The notes beneath the pieces were generated by a model, which saw nothing but the letters and a program-made list of their open reading frames with translations, was not told the origin of the DNA and ran no database searches. This document shows positions 9,995 through 19,760 of a stretch of 64,000 nucleotides of DNA, piece by piece. Source of the DNA: Eledone cirrhosa (Eukaryota); the NCBI GenBank assembly GCA_964016885.1, contig OZ024740.1, positions 393,824,001-393,888,000 of the forward strand, written 5' to 3'. Position 1 is the first letter of the stretch. Every line of letters starts with the position of its first letter. The translations under genes were made by a program, and so were the position numbers.

Positions 9995-11437
9995 TACTTC
10001 CTCTTGCTTACTGCTAGACTTTGAGACAGGGGAAAATATATAGTTTTTTTCGCCTGTACACAGGCGTAAAGAGCCGTAACTCAAGAGTAAAGCGTGTTTT
10101 CCGACGCTCTGCCAATCCACGATCCCTACTTGTATAAATAATAAATACTTTATACAAGATTGTGGGGAAATGTGTAAGCATGGACCCATAGTTCAGCCAA
10201 ACCGAAGAATTTGCTACACGTTCTGGTATGCTGCAGATTATTGTATAGGGATTAATGTAGTAGTTTCGATATGTGCTATTTTTGTCACTGTGGAAGCGGA
10301 TTAGGTGTACTCAGTATGAGTTTCTTCGTGCTCAATTCTTCAAATTTTCTTTATCATCATAAAAATACATCAACATGCTGGTTATGGATATAGTAGTCAG
10401 TCCATCTCATGCAAGTTTGCGCAAGATTAGCAGTACTCTTCCGTAGTTCTCGATCGTTTGCCCGTTCTTGTAGGTTTATCCCATTTCTGTGGACATTTTT
10501 CATGTCCCCTGAAACAGATATGTCAACTGTCCCCGTCGGACGGGGAGTCCCACTCACTTTGGGGTGGGTGAGAGATGTCTTCTCTATAGCTTTCATTATG
10601 TAAAATCTCCCAATTTTGCCTCATTTCTCCCCGTTTAGGGGCACATCTTTTCATGGTATTCCCCGTTTGGGTTTATAGGGGTTGGCAGGTCTGCCTGAAA
10701 TCTATAACACCATGTGACCAATGGCCTAACCGATCTCCTCTTTCTTTCGGTTGGTTTAAAACTTGATGTTAATTTAACATGTCGATGCCCTGGCTGCCGT
10801 AGGACCTGACAAACCAGTTGGGCGTTTTATATCCAGTAACCTTGGATATAAAATACCCGAAAAGAAGATTAAATTTTCACGGCTAGAGGGCCGATTAAGC
10901 ATCAAAGAAAGGTGCACCTAAAACTAAATATCATCATTCTCTTAATTCTCAGTAGCAGGAAAGACATGCATGCTTGTCATAGTTGAATAGAGAATGTGAT
11001 AGGAATACTGATATTCATGAATTTGTGCTTAAATCTTTCAAACTATTTATTTTGTTTCTATAAAACACAATTAAAAATATAGTAAAAAGTGAGAGGGTGA
11101 GGGAGAGAGAAAGAGAGAGGGAATAAAGACAACAAAGGGTGGGCACAAACTTGACACCTTCGGTTGGACAACACAATTCAGCAGCGTCTCGTGAAGAAGA
11201 TGATGAAAGCGTTGCTGCAAGAAGAGCCAGTATTATTCGCTACATCAGACATTCCACTTTATGGCGGAGAAAAACGGCAATCCGGGGGTCTCAACGGTAG
11301 CTGACATAAATGCAATCTTCCCGTTGATACTTGATATTTGATCAAAAATATTATGATCGTATCCTAAGAAAGCATTAAATGACTACCAAACAGAATCTAC
11401 ATAAAAATTCTAATTAATCATATACTTATATATATAT

Positions 11438-11986
11438 ATATGTATACGTGTGTGTATTCATATACACACTAGTATTTCAGTATGCAGATGTAGATGTACA
11501 TTTTTAACTTAATTGTTTAAGCGTCAGTCATACAAAAGTGAGTTACAAACGAAACGAAATTTAATTTCGTTTCGTTATTTGTTTTTATCGTCTCCGCTGA
11601 ACCGGTACGTACTCACACTCTATGCAAATTAGTCTGCCCACTACTAATTTTCATAGAAAAAGCATATAACGATATGTGCTTTTACAATTCTCCAGAAAGG
11701 CCGGTAGATAGGTAAATATTGCTGATGAGTTGTAACAACAACGAAACTAGTTCAATATTTCTTGTCTGGCTTTCTGGAGAATAGAGGGAAGGTGTTTCCT
11801 CGAAAACCAGTATGACTCTAAAAACCGGTTTGTCTGTGTGTTTACATACAGAATAGCTGGGTTGCTCACAGTAAAGCAACCAGTGAAAGACTTGTTACAT
11901 CTGCATATGTATACGTGTGTGTATTCATATACACACTAGTATTTCAGTATGCATATGTAGATGTACATTTTTAACTTAATTGTTTA
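11438..11986 (+). mobile_element. retrozyme-like / Penelope-dependent non-coding element with 82-bp terminal direct repeat
   Basis: 11438-11519 equals 11905-11986 with one mismatch; (TA)n on both sides; internal hammerhead; no meaningful ORF. Confidence 0.7.
11714..11760 (+). ncRNA. minimal type I hammerhead ribozyme
   Basis: AAATATTG-CTGATGA-GTTGT(AACA)ACAAC-GAAA-CTAG-TT^-CAATATTT; canonical core, perfect 8-bp stem I, palindromic stem III ACTAGT. Confidence 0.88.
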
Positions 11987-12283
11987 TATATATATATATA
12001 TATATATAAGTGAATATATGATTAATATATACTTGCGACACTACTCCACCATCCACACTTTTTATTTTGTAAAATCAGTATACGATTTTATTAGTTTTTT
12101 AACTTTCCGTTTACTTCTTTTGTATCAGGAATGTCCCAGAAGACATTTTAACCAGCGTTTGCCTTTAGGTTTTGTTCTTTTTTTTTTTATCCAAATCAAT
12201 TGTATCAGCTTCCGAATTATTTATTATTTCATGTTATCCCCTTATCGGAGAATTTATCATTGTAATCATGATATCTTTGACAA

Positions 12284-12316
<33 letters not shown>
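12284..12316. repeat. (TGTC)n target microsatellite, left flank of the Tx1 array
   Basis: Direct reading. Confidence 0.95.
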
Positions 12317-12491
12317 GAGGATAGTAGACGTGTGTCATATCGCTCTGTGATTTGGATTTTTACCTGCTAATTTTGTGAGTGGATTTTTTTGAATTATTTT
12401 GTATAATTAACTGTAACCCCTAGTCTGGGACTCTAGACGTCGGGTAAATATATTTTCACCCCTTTTGGGGTGAAAAATAATTATTTGAGAA

Positions 12492-14243
12492 ATGTTTATC
12501 GATATCGTTGATAACGATATCGTCGAAAACGATATCGCCATATTGGAAGCGAACGCCACGCCGACCAAAAAAACAAGCGGGAAAGAGGGAACAACAGTTC
12601 AAACTGTTGAACAACCCCTCCTCTCCAATGAAAAAAAGAATTTCAATTCAAATGAAAAAATTAATTTTCAAGAAAAAAATAACACCACAAATAAGGAAAC
12701 CAACAACATTACAACAACAAACAAAGACAAAATTTCTTTTGCCCAAACACTCAAGAGAGCCACGGAGTACAAAGCCATTGACATCACGAACGCCAAGGAA
12801 AATTTGCTAGAGGCTAGAAAATACGTATCTTTTGGGGTGGATGGTTCTTTTACGATCAACTCCCCAGAAGAAGTGCGTGAACAGATTTACAAGAATACCG
12901 TAAGCTTCAGAACCATAACCAACGAAACGAGAAAGCCAGCGCAATTGACCGAAAGTCAAATCGAGCTGGTTCTGAAAGAAATTAAAAATGACATACTCTT
13001 TATTCAAAGAGGAAAGCTGTATGCCAGCATTATGGTCCGAATGAAGGACGAAATGCTGGCTCAGAAATATTCGGTGGCACCTATAGTGTCACCACAATAC
13101 ACCTTCTTCCCCACATATAAAGGAAGAAGAACACAAAGGATAAGAATGTGGAGCCCTACGCCAGAAATTAACATCTGGTCCGTCCTAACAGGATTTACCG
13201 ACCTAGATAAGGACATACTAATTTCAGCAGGGGAGTCCACCAGTGGACTGTTCGGGGGGAAAAGTCTGGAGGTTCTCTTACAGATGACACCTGAGAGAAT
13301 CTCCGGAATACCCGACCGAGTGCTACTGGATGGGCGAACCTACATAAATATCACAGTGGAAGGCAGGAGACCCTCATGTTACCACTGCGCTGGCAGAGGT
13401 CACCTGAGGACGGCCTGCCCTCTACTAACAACTAAAAAACCACTGCTACAAACACCACAACAACAACAAAAACAACCAGCACCACCATCACAAAAACAAC
13501 AAAATACACTACCATCTCCACCAGAACAACAAAAACCAACAACACCACCACCACCACAACAACAACAACATCAACAACAGCTCAAGAAAACAACCCAAAA
13601 CACGGTCCCACCCAGCCCCACCCCACAGAACACAAATACAAAAACAGTTCAGACACAACCCGGAGATATACCCCTCCCCTCCAATACGGAAGAGGAGCTC
13701 ATATCGTCGGAAGACGAGGGGGCTCCCTTCCAAAAAGTGAAAAGAAAAAAACGTACACACACCACAACAACAAAAATAACCCCACCTGACAACACAACAC
13801 AGACAATAAAACGCAAACTCACTCAACAACAACAAGCAAAAACAAACACAACAACACAAAAACTCTACACATACATAAACAAAAACAATGAAAACCTAAC
13901 TTTAAAAATAGAAACCAACCCTTCGATACAAACCGAAGGGCCGAATTTCGTAACGGCAATGGGGCTCCCTAACCTGAAAATGGTGAAAATCCCACTTGAC
14001 ATTTTTAAAACTTTAAAAGACATGTACCCTGAGGACGTGGGCCCACCCTGCACCAGGCCACTCAACCGCGTCCTCCTGAAAGGTTTTCCCCTCCCCTCCT
14101 CAAACACCCACACAACTCCAAAGATCCCAACCCCTCCACACACCAATACCCCCACACCACCACAAACCACCACCCCACCCATCAACCCCGCCACCAGCCC
14201 CATGGAAACTGAGCGACCCGAACCCCGGGACGCAGAGAGGTAA
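12492..14243 (+). CDS. LINE ORF1p (583 aa, CCHC zinc knuckle, Q/P/T-rich region)
   Basis: CYHCAGRGHLRTAC knuckle; upstream of ORF2; repeated in three copies. Confidence 0.9.
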   Translation: MFIDIVDNDIVENDIAILEANATPTKKTSGKEGTTVQTVEQPLLSNEKKNFNSNEKINFQEKNNTTNKETNNITTTNKDKISFAQTLKRATEYKAIDITNAKENLLEARKYVSFGVDGSFTINSPEEVREQIYKNTVSFRTITNETRKPAQLTESQIELVLKEIKNDILFIQRGKLYASIMVRMKDEMLAQKYSVAPIVSPQYTFFPTYKGRRTQRIRMWSPTPEINIWSVLTGFTDLDKDILISAGESTSGLFGGKSLEVLLQMTPERISGIPDRVLLDGRTYINITVEGRRPSCYHCAGRGHLRTACPLLTTKKPLLQTPQQQQKQPAPPSQKQQNTLPSPPEQQKPTTPPPPQQQQHQQQLKKTTQNTVPPSPTPQNTNTKTVQTQPGDIPLPSNTEEELISSEDEGAPFQKVKRKKRTHTTTTKITPPDNTTQTIKRKLTQQQQAKTNTTTQKLYTYINKNNENLTLKIETNPSIQTEGPNFVTAMGLPNLKMVKIPLDIFKTLKDMYPEDVGPPCTRPLNRVLLKGFPLPSSNTHTTPKIPTPPHTNTPTPPQTTTPPINPATSPMETERPEPRDAER

Positions 14244-14266
14244 GTGCCTCTTTCTTTGCCACCAAC

Positions 14267-17200
14267 ATGGCTGTCTTAAGAGTGGGTTGTCTAAATGCGC
14301 GTGGCCTGGGCTCACCTTGGAAGCAAGCTAAACTTCTAAGTGACCTCAGGTCACAATGTGTAAATGTGATGGTTATTTGCGAGGCCCGGATCAGCAGCAT
14401 GCGACAGCTAACCCCCACCTTTGATGACTTTGAGATGCACGCATCTCTCTGTCAGCCCGGAGGTGGGGGTGGGGTTGTCGTTCTGCTGCAAAAACATCTG
14501 GGTCTCGCTACACAGACGGTACACTTGGACCCGGAGGGTCGACTCGTGGTTCTGGACCTTGGCAATGGCGAAGGCGAAGCTTTTAGGCTTGTCGCCGTAT
14601 ACGCCCCTTTTGGGGCAATGCGGTCGGACTTCTTCCATCGTCTGGAGACTTTTCTAGGGACGTCCCGCTCCTTGCTTTTAGTGGGGGACTGGAATGGTAT
14701 CCTAGATGCACGTTGGGACTATGTAGGGGCATGTCCCGATAGAGGGGGGTGTAACAGCCTTAAGGGGTTAATCGGCCGATTCGACCTGGCCGATAGATAC
14801 CGACTAGATTTTCCGACTGTACCAACCTGGACCTGGTCAAATAACAGTGGTCAATCTAGATCGTACCTAGATAGGTTCTTAGTTAGAATTAAGGATAGGG
14901 ACTTTTTAAGTTGTCCAGAAATGCTCATGGTGGGCTATTCAGACCACAAGTTAGTGACCTGCGTAGTCCACCTTGATAGAACGCATAGGCAGGGGCCCGG
15001 TTACTGGAAGCTCAACTTGTCCTTACCGGCAAGTAGAGCTTACAGGGACCGGATTAGAACCTTAGTTAAGGAGCAGTTGACGGGCGCCATCGTCAACAAC
15101 AGGTGGTGGGGCTCTCTAAAAAGAGAGATTAGAGTAGTTTCAATAGGAGTTAGTAAGGAGTTAGCCTCAGATAGAAATAGGAAGGAAAGGGAGTTGGTAG
15201 TTAATGTTGAAGAGGCAATGAGAAGCGGCAACGTGGCCAGAGTGCAAGCGTCGAGAACGGTCTTGAACCAGTTCTTCGACGCGAAACACGAAGGCTGCGT
15301 TGTCCGAAGCAAAATACGTGCTCTGGGAAACGAGGGGACCAAAGCTGTTAGCTGGGCCCGCGTGACAGAAGCGAAAAGTGGGATTAAATCCACTATCCGG
15401 TCTTTGCGAGACCAGGATGGACGGCTGATCCTTGAACCTAAGCAAATGTGCGAGGCCTTTCAAAGGCACTTTGCCCAATTGTTCGGGAGGGGCGGGGAGC
15501 CGGTTGGAGATGTGGATTTCGGTCCATACCTCGACGGCCTGCCGCGTCTTTCGGACAGGGAGGCGAGGTCCTGCGACGGGCCGATCTCAGCTGCTGAAAT
15601 AGGGGACGTGCTGAGCCTATGCGGCAAACGCAAATCTCCAGGACTCGATGGTCTGCCCTACGAACTATATATTAATATGCCGGACTTGTTCCCCGATCTC
15701 CTCGAGGCGGTCTACTGCAACTGGCAACAGAACGGGAGAATTCCCTGTTCTGTGACCAAGGGCGTAGTCTCGCTAGTGAGGAAGGACGAGAACAAGGGGG
15801 ATGACATTAGTAATTTTAGGCCCATAACTCTGCTAAATGCAGAGTTAAAGATTTTGGCGAAGGTGTTAGCGAAGAGGTTGGCGCTTGTCGTGGGGGGCCT
15901 GGTGGGAGATGCGCAGACATGCGCTATCCCGTCCAGGTCCATCCACGACAACCTCCACCTCATGCGATACATCATAGAGAGGGTTGGGAACGAACCCGGC
16001 TTTGGTGGGGCCCTGATAAATTTAGATCAGTCTAAAGCGTTCGATAGGGTGGACCATGGTTACCTGGATGCGGTGCTAGCGGCGGCTGGGTTCGGACCCG
16101 TTTTCAGGGGCTGGATCACTGCCATGCACAGCAGCCGCATCTGCTCTAGAATCAAGGTGAACGGCTACCTTTCGGAGCCGTTCGAAATCACCCGCTCCAT
16201 CCGACAGGGGTGCCCTCTCTCCTCCCTTCTGTATGTATTGACTCTCGAGCCATTACTGCGGAAGTTGGAGTTGTTGCAGGGCATCCCTTTGGAACCGGGA
16301 TTGCGCAAAGCGGTGTCGGCCTACGCCGATGACGTAACAGTAATGGTGTCGACCGCCTCGGAAATCGAGGCGATCGGCACCTTACTAGAGGAGTACGAAA
16401 GGTTGACAGGGGCTAAGCTGAACCGGGACAAGTCAGTCGCTTTGCAACTCGGCGAGTGGAGGGGCAAAGCGATGTCGTGCGACGGTATCGTCGGACGGTG
16501 GACGGAGGGCCCGGTGAAGTTGCTTGGGGTCTGGTTCGGACCGGACCTCCAGGTGGAGAAAAACTGGGGTGAGGTGACGAATAGGGTGTTTGCACTGACC
16601 CAGAAGTGGGCCGAGTGCAAACTATCCCTAAAAGGTCGGGCGGAGGTGGCGAACGCTTACATAGCGTCCGTCATCTATTACCGCTTGACTGTCGTGCCTT
16701 GCCCGGGTGAGATCCTCGCCAAAATGGAGCGCGCCCTCTTTTATTTCCTTTGGAAGAAGAGGTCTCCTCTAGTGAGGAGATCCATCTGCTGTCAACACCC
16801 TTTGAAAGGAGGGCTGGGGATGCCGTGGCTAAAAATGCGTAAACACGCATTGAGGCTAAGGCACCTCCACGTATTCCTCACCGGTCAACCGGTGTGGGCC
16901 CCGTTTGTGAGGCGAGCCTTCCCGAGGCTCGTCTCGCTCACCGAGCTGCAGTCCTGGGTGAAGCAAAGACCGAGAAAACTGGGCGACTGGCACACCGAGT
17001 GTGCCCAGGCGCTCACGGCTCTCTGGCAGGCGGACCCGGCTATCGACGGAGACTCCACCTCGTCATTCTATAGAGGGCTGGTGGTTAGCGGGTGCGACGA
17101 CGCCCTCGGAGAAGCCCTAGGCATGGAGGAGGACGAACTGGCCAGTCTATTCGGTAGGACTTTCGACCCGGGACCTATGGACAACTTCCAGAAGTCCTTG

Positions 17201-17704
17201 GCCTGGCAGTGCTACCGAGGGGCTCTGCCCGTTCGGGATAAGCTCTACAGACACGGGCGCCCGGGTAGGGACCCCTCGAAAAAGATCTGTCCCAGATGCG
17301 TGCGCGACGAGGAAACCGTCGCGCACGCATTGGTGCACTGCCCGGGCGTTGCCGATCTGTGGGGCTATGTTGAACAACTGCTGTCACGGGTGGGACCAAT
17401 TAGGTTGACCACCGAGTCCATTGTAACGATCAAGCCGCCTCCCCCCTTCAAAAATGAAGGAGAGGCGGTCTTCCTCTGTGTAATAGCCATGGTAAAAGAG
17501 GCTATATGGTGGACGCGTCTGAAAGGGCTGAGGTCGGACACCTTTCTCTCCGGCCAACAACTGGTCCTTTTCTTCCGATACCATTTCGGAAGAAGGATCA
17601 GGATGGAGAGAGAGGTGCTCCACTCCAGCCAGTTTTATGAAAGGTGGGTGAAAGTTGCGAGAATGGCCCGTGTGAATGGGCCTTCTCTCTACCTCAGCCT
17701 GTAG
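14267..17704 (+). CDS. LINE ORF2p: AP endonuclease + reverse transcriptase + C-terminal CCHC (1145 aa)
   Basis: CLNARGL, GDWN, SDH (APE); KSPGLDGLP, FRPITLLN, LDQSKAFDRV, QGCPLS, YADD (RT); CPRC..ETVAHALVHC. Confidence 0.97.
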   Translation: MAVLRVGCLNARGLGSPWKQAKLLSDLRSQCVNVMVICEARISSMRQLTPTFDDFEMHASLCQPGGGGGVVVLLQKHLGLATQTVHLDPEGRLVVLDLGNGEGEAFRLVAVYAPFGAMRSDFFHRLETFLGTSRSLLLVGDWNGILDARWDYVGACPDRGGCNSLKGLIGRFDLADRYRLDFPTVPTWTWSNNSGQSRSYLDRFLVRIKDRDFLSCPEMLMVGYSDHKLVTCVVHLDRTHRQGPGYWKLNLSLPASRAYRDRIRTLVKEQLTGAIVNNRWWGSLKREIRVVSIGVSKELASDRNRKERELVVNVEEAMRSGNVARVQASRTVLNQFFDAKHEGCVVRSKIRALGNEGTKAVSWARVTEAKSGIKSTIRSLRDQDGRLILEPKQMCEAFQRHFAQLFGRGGEPVGDVDFGPYLDGLPRLSDREARSCDGPISAAEIGDVLSLCGKRKSPGLDGLPYELYINMPDLFPDLLEAVYCNWQQNGRIPCSVTKGVVSLVRKDENKGDDISNFRPITLLNAELKILAKVLAKRLALVVGGLVGDAQTCAIPSRSIHDNLHLMRYIIERVGNEPGFGGALINLDQSKAFDRVDHGYLDAVLAAAGFGPVFRGWITAMHSSRICSRIKVNGYLSEPFEITRSIRQGCPLSSLLYVLTLEPLLRKLELLQGIPLEPGLRKAVSAYADDVTVMVSTASEIEAIGTLLEEYERLTGAKLNRDKSVALQLGEWRGKAMSCDGIVGRWTEGPVKLLGVWFGPDLQVEKNWGEVTNRVFALTQKWAECKLSLKGRAEVANAYIASVIYYRLTVVPCPGEILAKMERALFYFLWKKRSPLVRRSICCQHPLKGGLGMPWLKMRKHALRLRHLHVFLTGQPVWAPFVRRAFPRLVSLTELQSWVKQRPRKLGDWHTECAQALTALWQADPAIDGDSTSSFYRGLVVSGCDDALGEALGMEEDELASLFGRTFDPGPMDNFQKSLAWQCYRGALPVRDKLYRHGRPGRDPSKKICPRCVRDEETVAHALVHCPGVADLWGYVEQLLSRVGPIRLTTESIVTIKPPPPFKNEGEAVFLCVIAMVKEAIWWTRLKGLRSDTFLSGQQLVLFFRYHFGRRIRMEREVLHSSQFYERWVKVARMARVNGPSLYLSL

Positions 17705-17924
17705 GTGGAACAGAAAGAAGGGAGCACCCCTCTTTGTACTCCCGTGGAGAAGGGTCGCACACTTTTTTCGGGGGTGTGTGTGATCCCAAAACGATCCCTC
17801 CCTATTGAGGATCTTCTTGTTATTATTTTGTTTGTTATATTTTTCTTACTCGATTTTTATGTAAACTCCCCCCACCCATGTACATGTCCCTTTCTTTTGT
17901 GCCCTAGTGGCAAATAAACAGAAA

Positions 17925-17956
<32 letters not shown>

Positions 17957-18130
17957 AGGATAGTAGACGTGTGTCATATCGCTCTGTGATTTGGATTTTT
18001 ACCTGCTAATTTTGTGAGTGGATTTTTTTGAATTATTTTGTATAATTAACTGTAACCCCTAGTCTGGGACTCTAGACGTCGGGTAAATATATTTTCACCC
18101 CTTTTGGGGTGAAAAATAATTATTTGAGAA

Positions 18131-19737
18131 ATGTTTATCGATATCGTTGATAACGATATCGTCGAAAACGATATCGCCATATTGGAAGCGAACGCCACGC
18201 CGACCAAAAAAACAAGCGGGAAAGAGGGAACAACAGTTCAAACTGTTGAACAACCCCTCCTCTCCAATGAAAAAAAGAATTTCAATTCAAATGAAAAAAT
18301 TAATTTTCAAGAAAAAAATAACACCACAAATAAGGAAACCAACAACATTACAACAACAAACAAAGACAAAATTTCTTTTGCCCAAACACTCAAGAGAGCC
18401 ACGGAGTACAAAGCCATTGACATCACGAACGCCAAGGAAAATTTGCTAGAGGCTAGGAAATACGTATCTTTTGGGGAGGATGGTTCTTTTACGATCAACT
18501 CCCCAGAAGAAGTGCGTGAACAGATTTACAAGAATACCGTAAGCTTCAGAACCATAACCAACGAAACGAGAAAGCCAGCGCAATTGACCGAAAGCCAAAT
18601 CGAGCTGGTTCTGAAAGAAATTAAAAATGACATACTCTTTATTCAAAGAGGAAAGCTGTATGCCAGCATTATGGTCCGAATGAAGGACGAAATGCTGGCT
18701 CAGAAATATTCGGTGGCACCTATAGTGTCACCACAATACACCTTCTTCCCCACATATAAAGGAAGAAGAACACAAAGGATAAGAATGTGGAGCCCTACGC
18801 CAGAAATTAACATCTGGTCCGTCCTAACAGGATTTACCGACCTAGATAAGGACATACTAATTTCAGCAGGGGAGTCCACCAGTGGACTGTTCGGGGGGAA
18901 AAGTCTGGAGGTTCTCTTACAGATGACACCTGAGAGAATCTCCGGAATACCCGACCGAGTGCTACTGGATGGGCGAACCTACATAAATATCACAGTGGAA
19001 GGCAGGAGACCCTCATGTTACCACTGCGCTGGCAGAGGTCACCTGAGGACGGCCTGCCCTCTACTAACAACTAAAAAACCACTGCTACAAACACCACAAC
19101 AACAACAAAAACAACCAGCACCACCTTCACAAAAACAACAAAATACACTACCATCTCCACCAGAACAACAAAAACCAACAACACCACCACCACCACCACC
19201 ACAACAACATCAACAACAGCTCTCTTCCAAAAAGTGAAAAGAAAAAAACGTACACACACCACAACAACAAAAATAACCCCACCTGACAACACAACACAGA
19301 CAATAAAACGCAAACTCACTCAACAACAACAAGCAAAAACAAACACAACACAAAAACTCTACACATACATAAACAAAAACAATGAAAACCTAACTTTTAA
19401 AATAGAAACCAACCCTTCGATACAAACCGAAGGGCCGAATTTTGTAACGGCAATGGGGCTCCCTAACCTGAAAATGGTGAAAATCCCACTTGACATTTTT
19501 AAAACTTTAAAAGACATGTACCCTGAGGACGTGGGCCCACCCTGCACCAGGCCACTCAACCGCGTCCTCCTGAAAGGTTTTCCCCTCCCCTCCTCAAACA
19601 CCCACACAACTCCAAAGATCCCAACCCCTCCACACACCAATACCCCCACACCACCACAAACCACCACCCCACCCATCAACCCCGCCACCAGCCCCATGGA
19701 AACTGAGCGACCCGAACCCCGGGACGCAGAGAGGTAA
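18131..19737 (+). pseudogene. ORF1 disrupted by a 142-bp deletion
   Basis: Split into 18131-19237 and 19234-19737; deletion joins GCTC microhomologies. Confidence 0.88.
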
Positions 19738-19760
19738 GTGCCTCTTTCTTTGCCACCAAC

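Larger units (their letters stand above)
9324..10000 (-). mobile_element. Penelope-like pLTR-type element (same family as 44787-45330), interrupted by a SINE
   Basis: Shares GTTTGCTTGAA.CATTGTGGAATAATAA, GTAAATCTCC.GGTAACAG and GAGTTACCTTGG..CATCCATCAACTGGGGG with the 45 kb element; abuts (TA)n; carries a hammerhead-like fold. Confidence 0.6.
12317..17926 (+). mobile_element. full-length Tx1/L1-clade LINE, family A copy 1 (intact)
   Basis: 175-nt 5'UTR starting GAGGATAGTAGACG, two intact ORFs, 3'UTR with AATAAA, then (TGTC)n. Confidence 0.95.

Noticed and set aside
10678-10693. hAT-like terminal sequence GGGTTGGCAGGTCTG
   Set aside because: No matching partner TIR or TSD found.
11161-11305. 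Possible host exon (..KKMMKALLQEEPVLF..)
   Set aside because: Short, no recognisable domain and no convincing splice context.
12317-12491. HDV-like ribozyme at the precise Tx1 5' end
   Set aside because: I could not build the nested double pseudoknot by eye; only simple hairpins are visible. A covariance search is needed.
14408-17623. Antisense and overlapping short ORFs inside the LINE ORF2s
   Set aside because: Shadow ORFs of GC-richer coding sequence; they recur only because the element is repeated.
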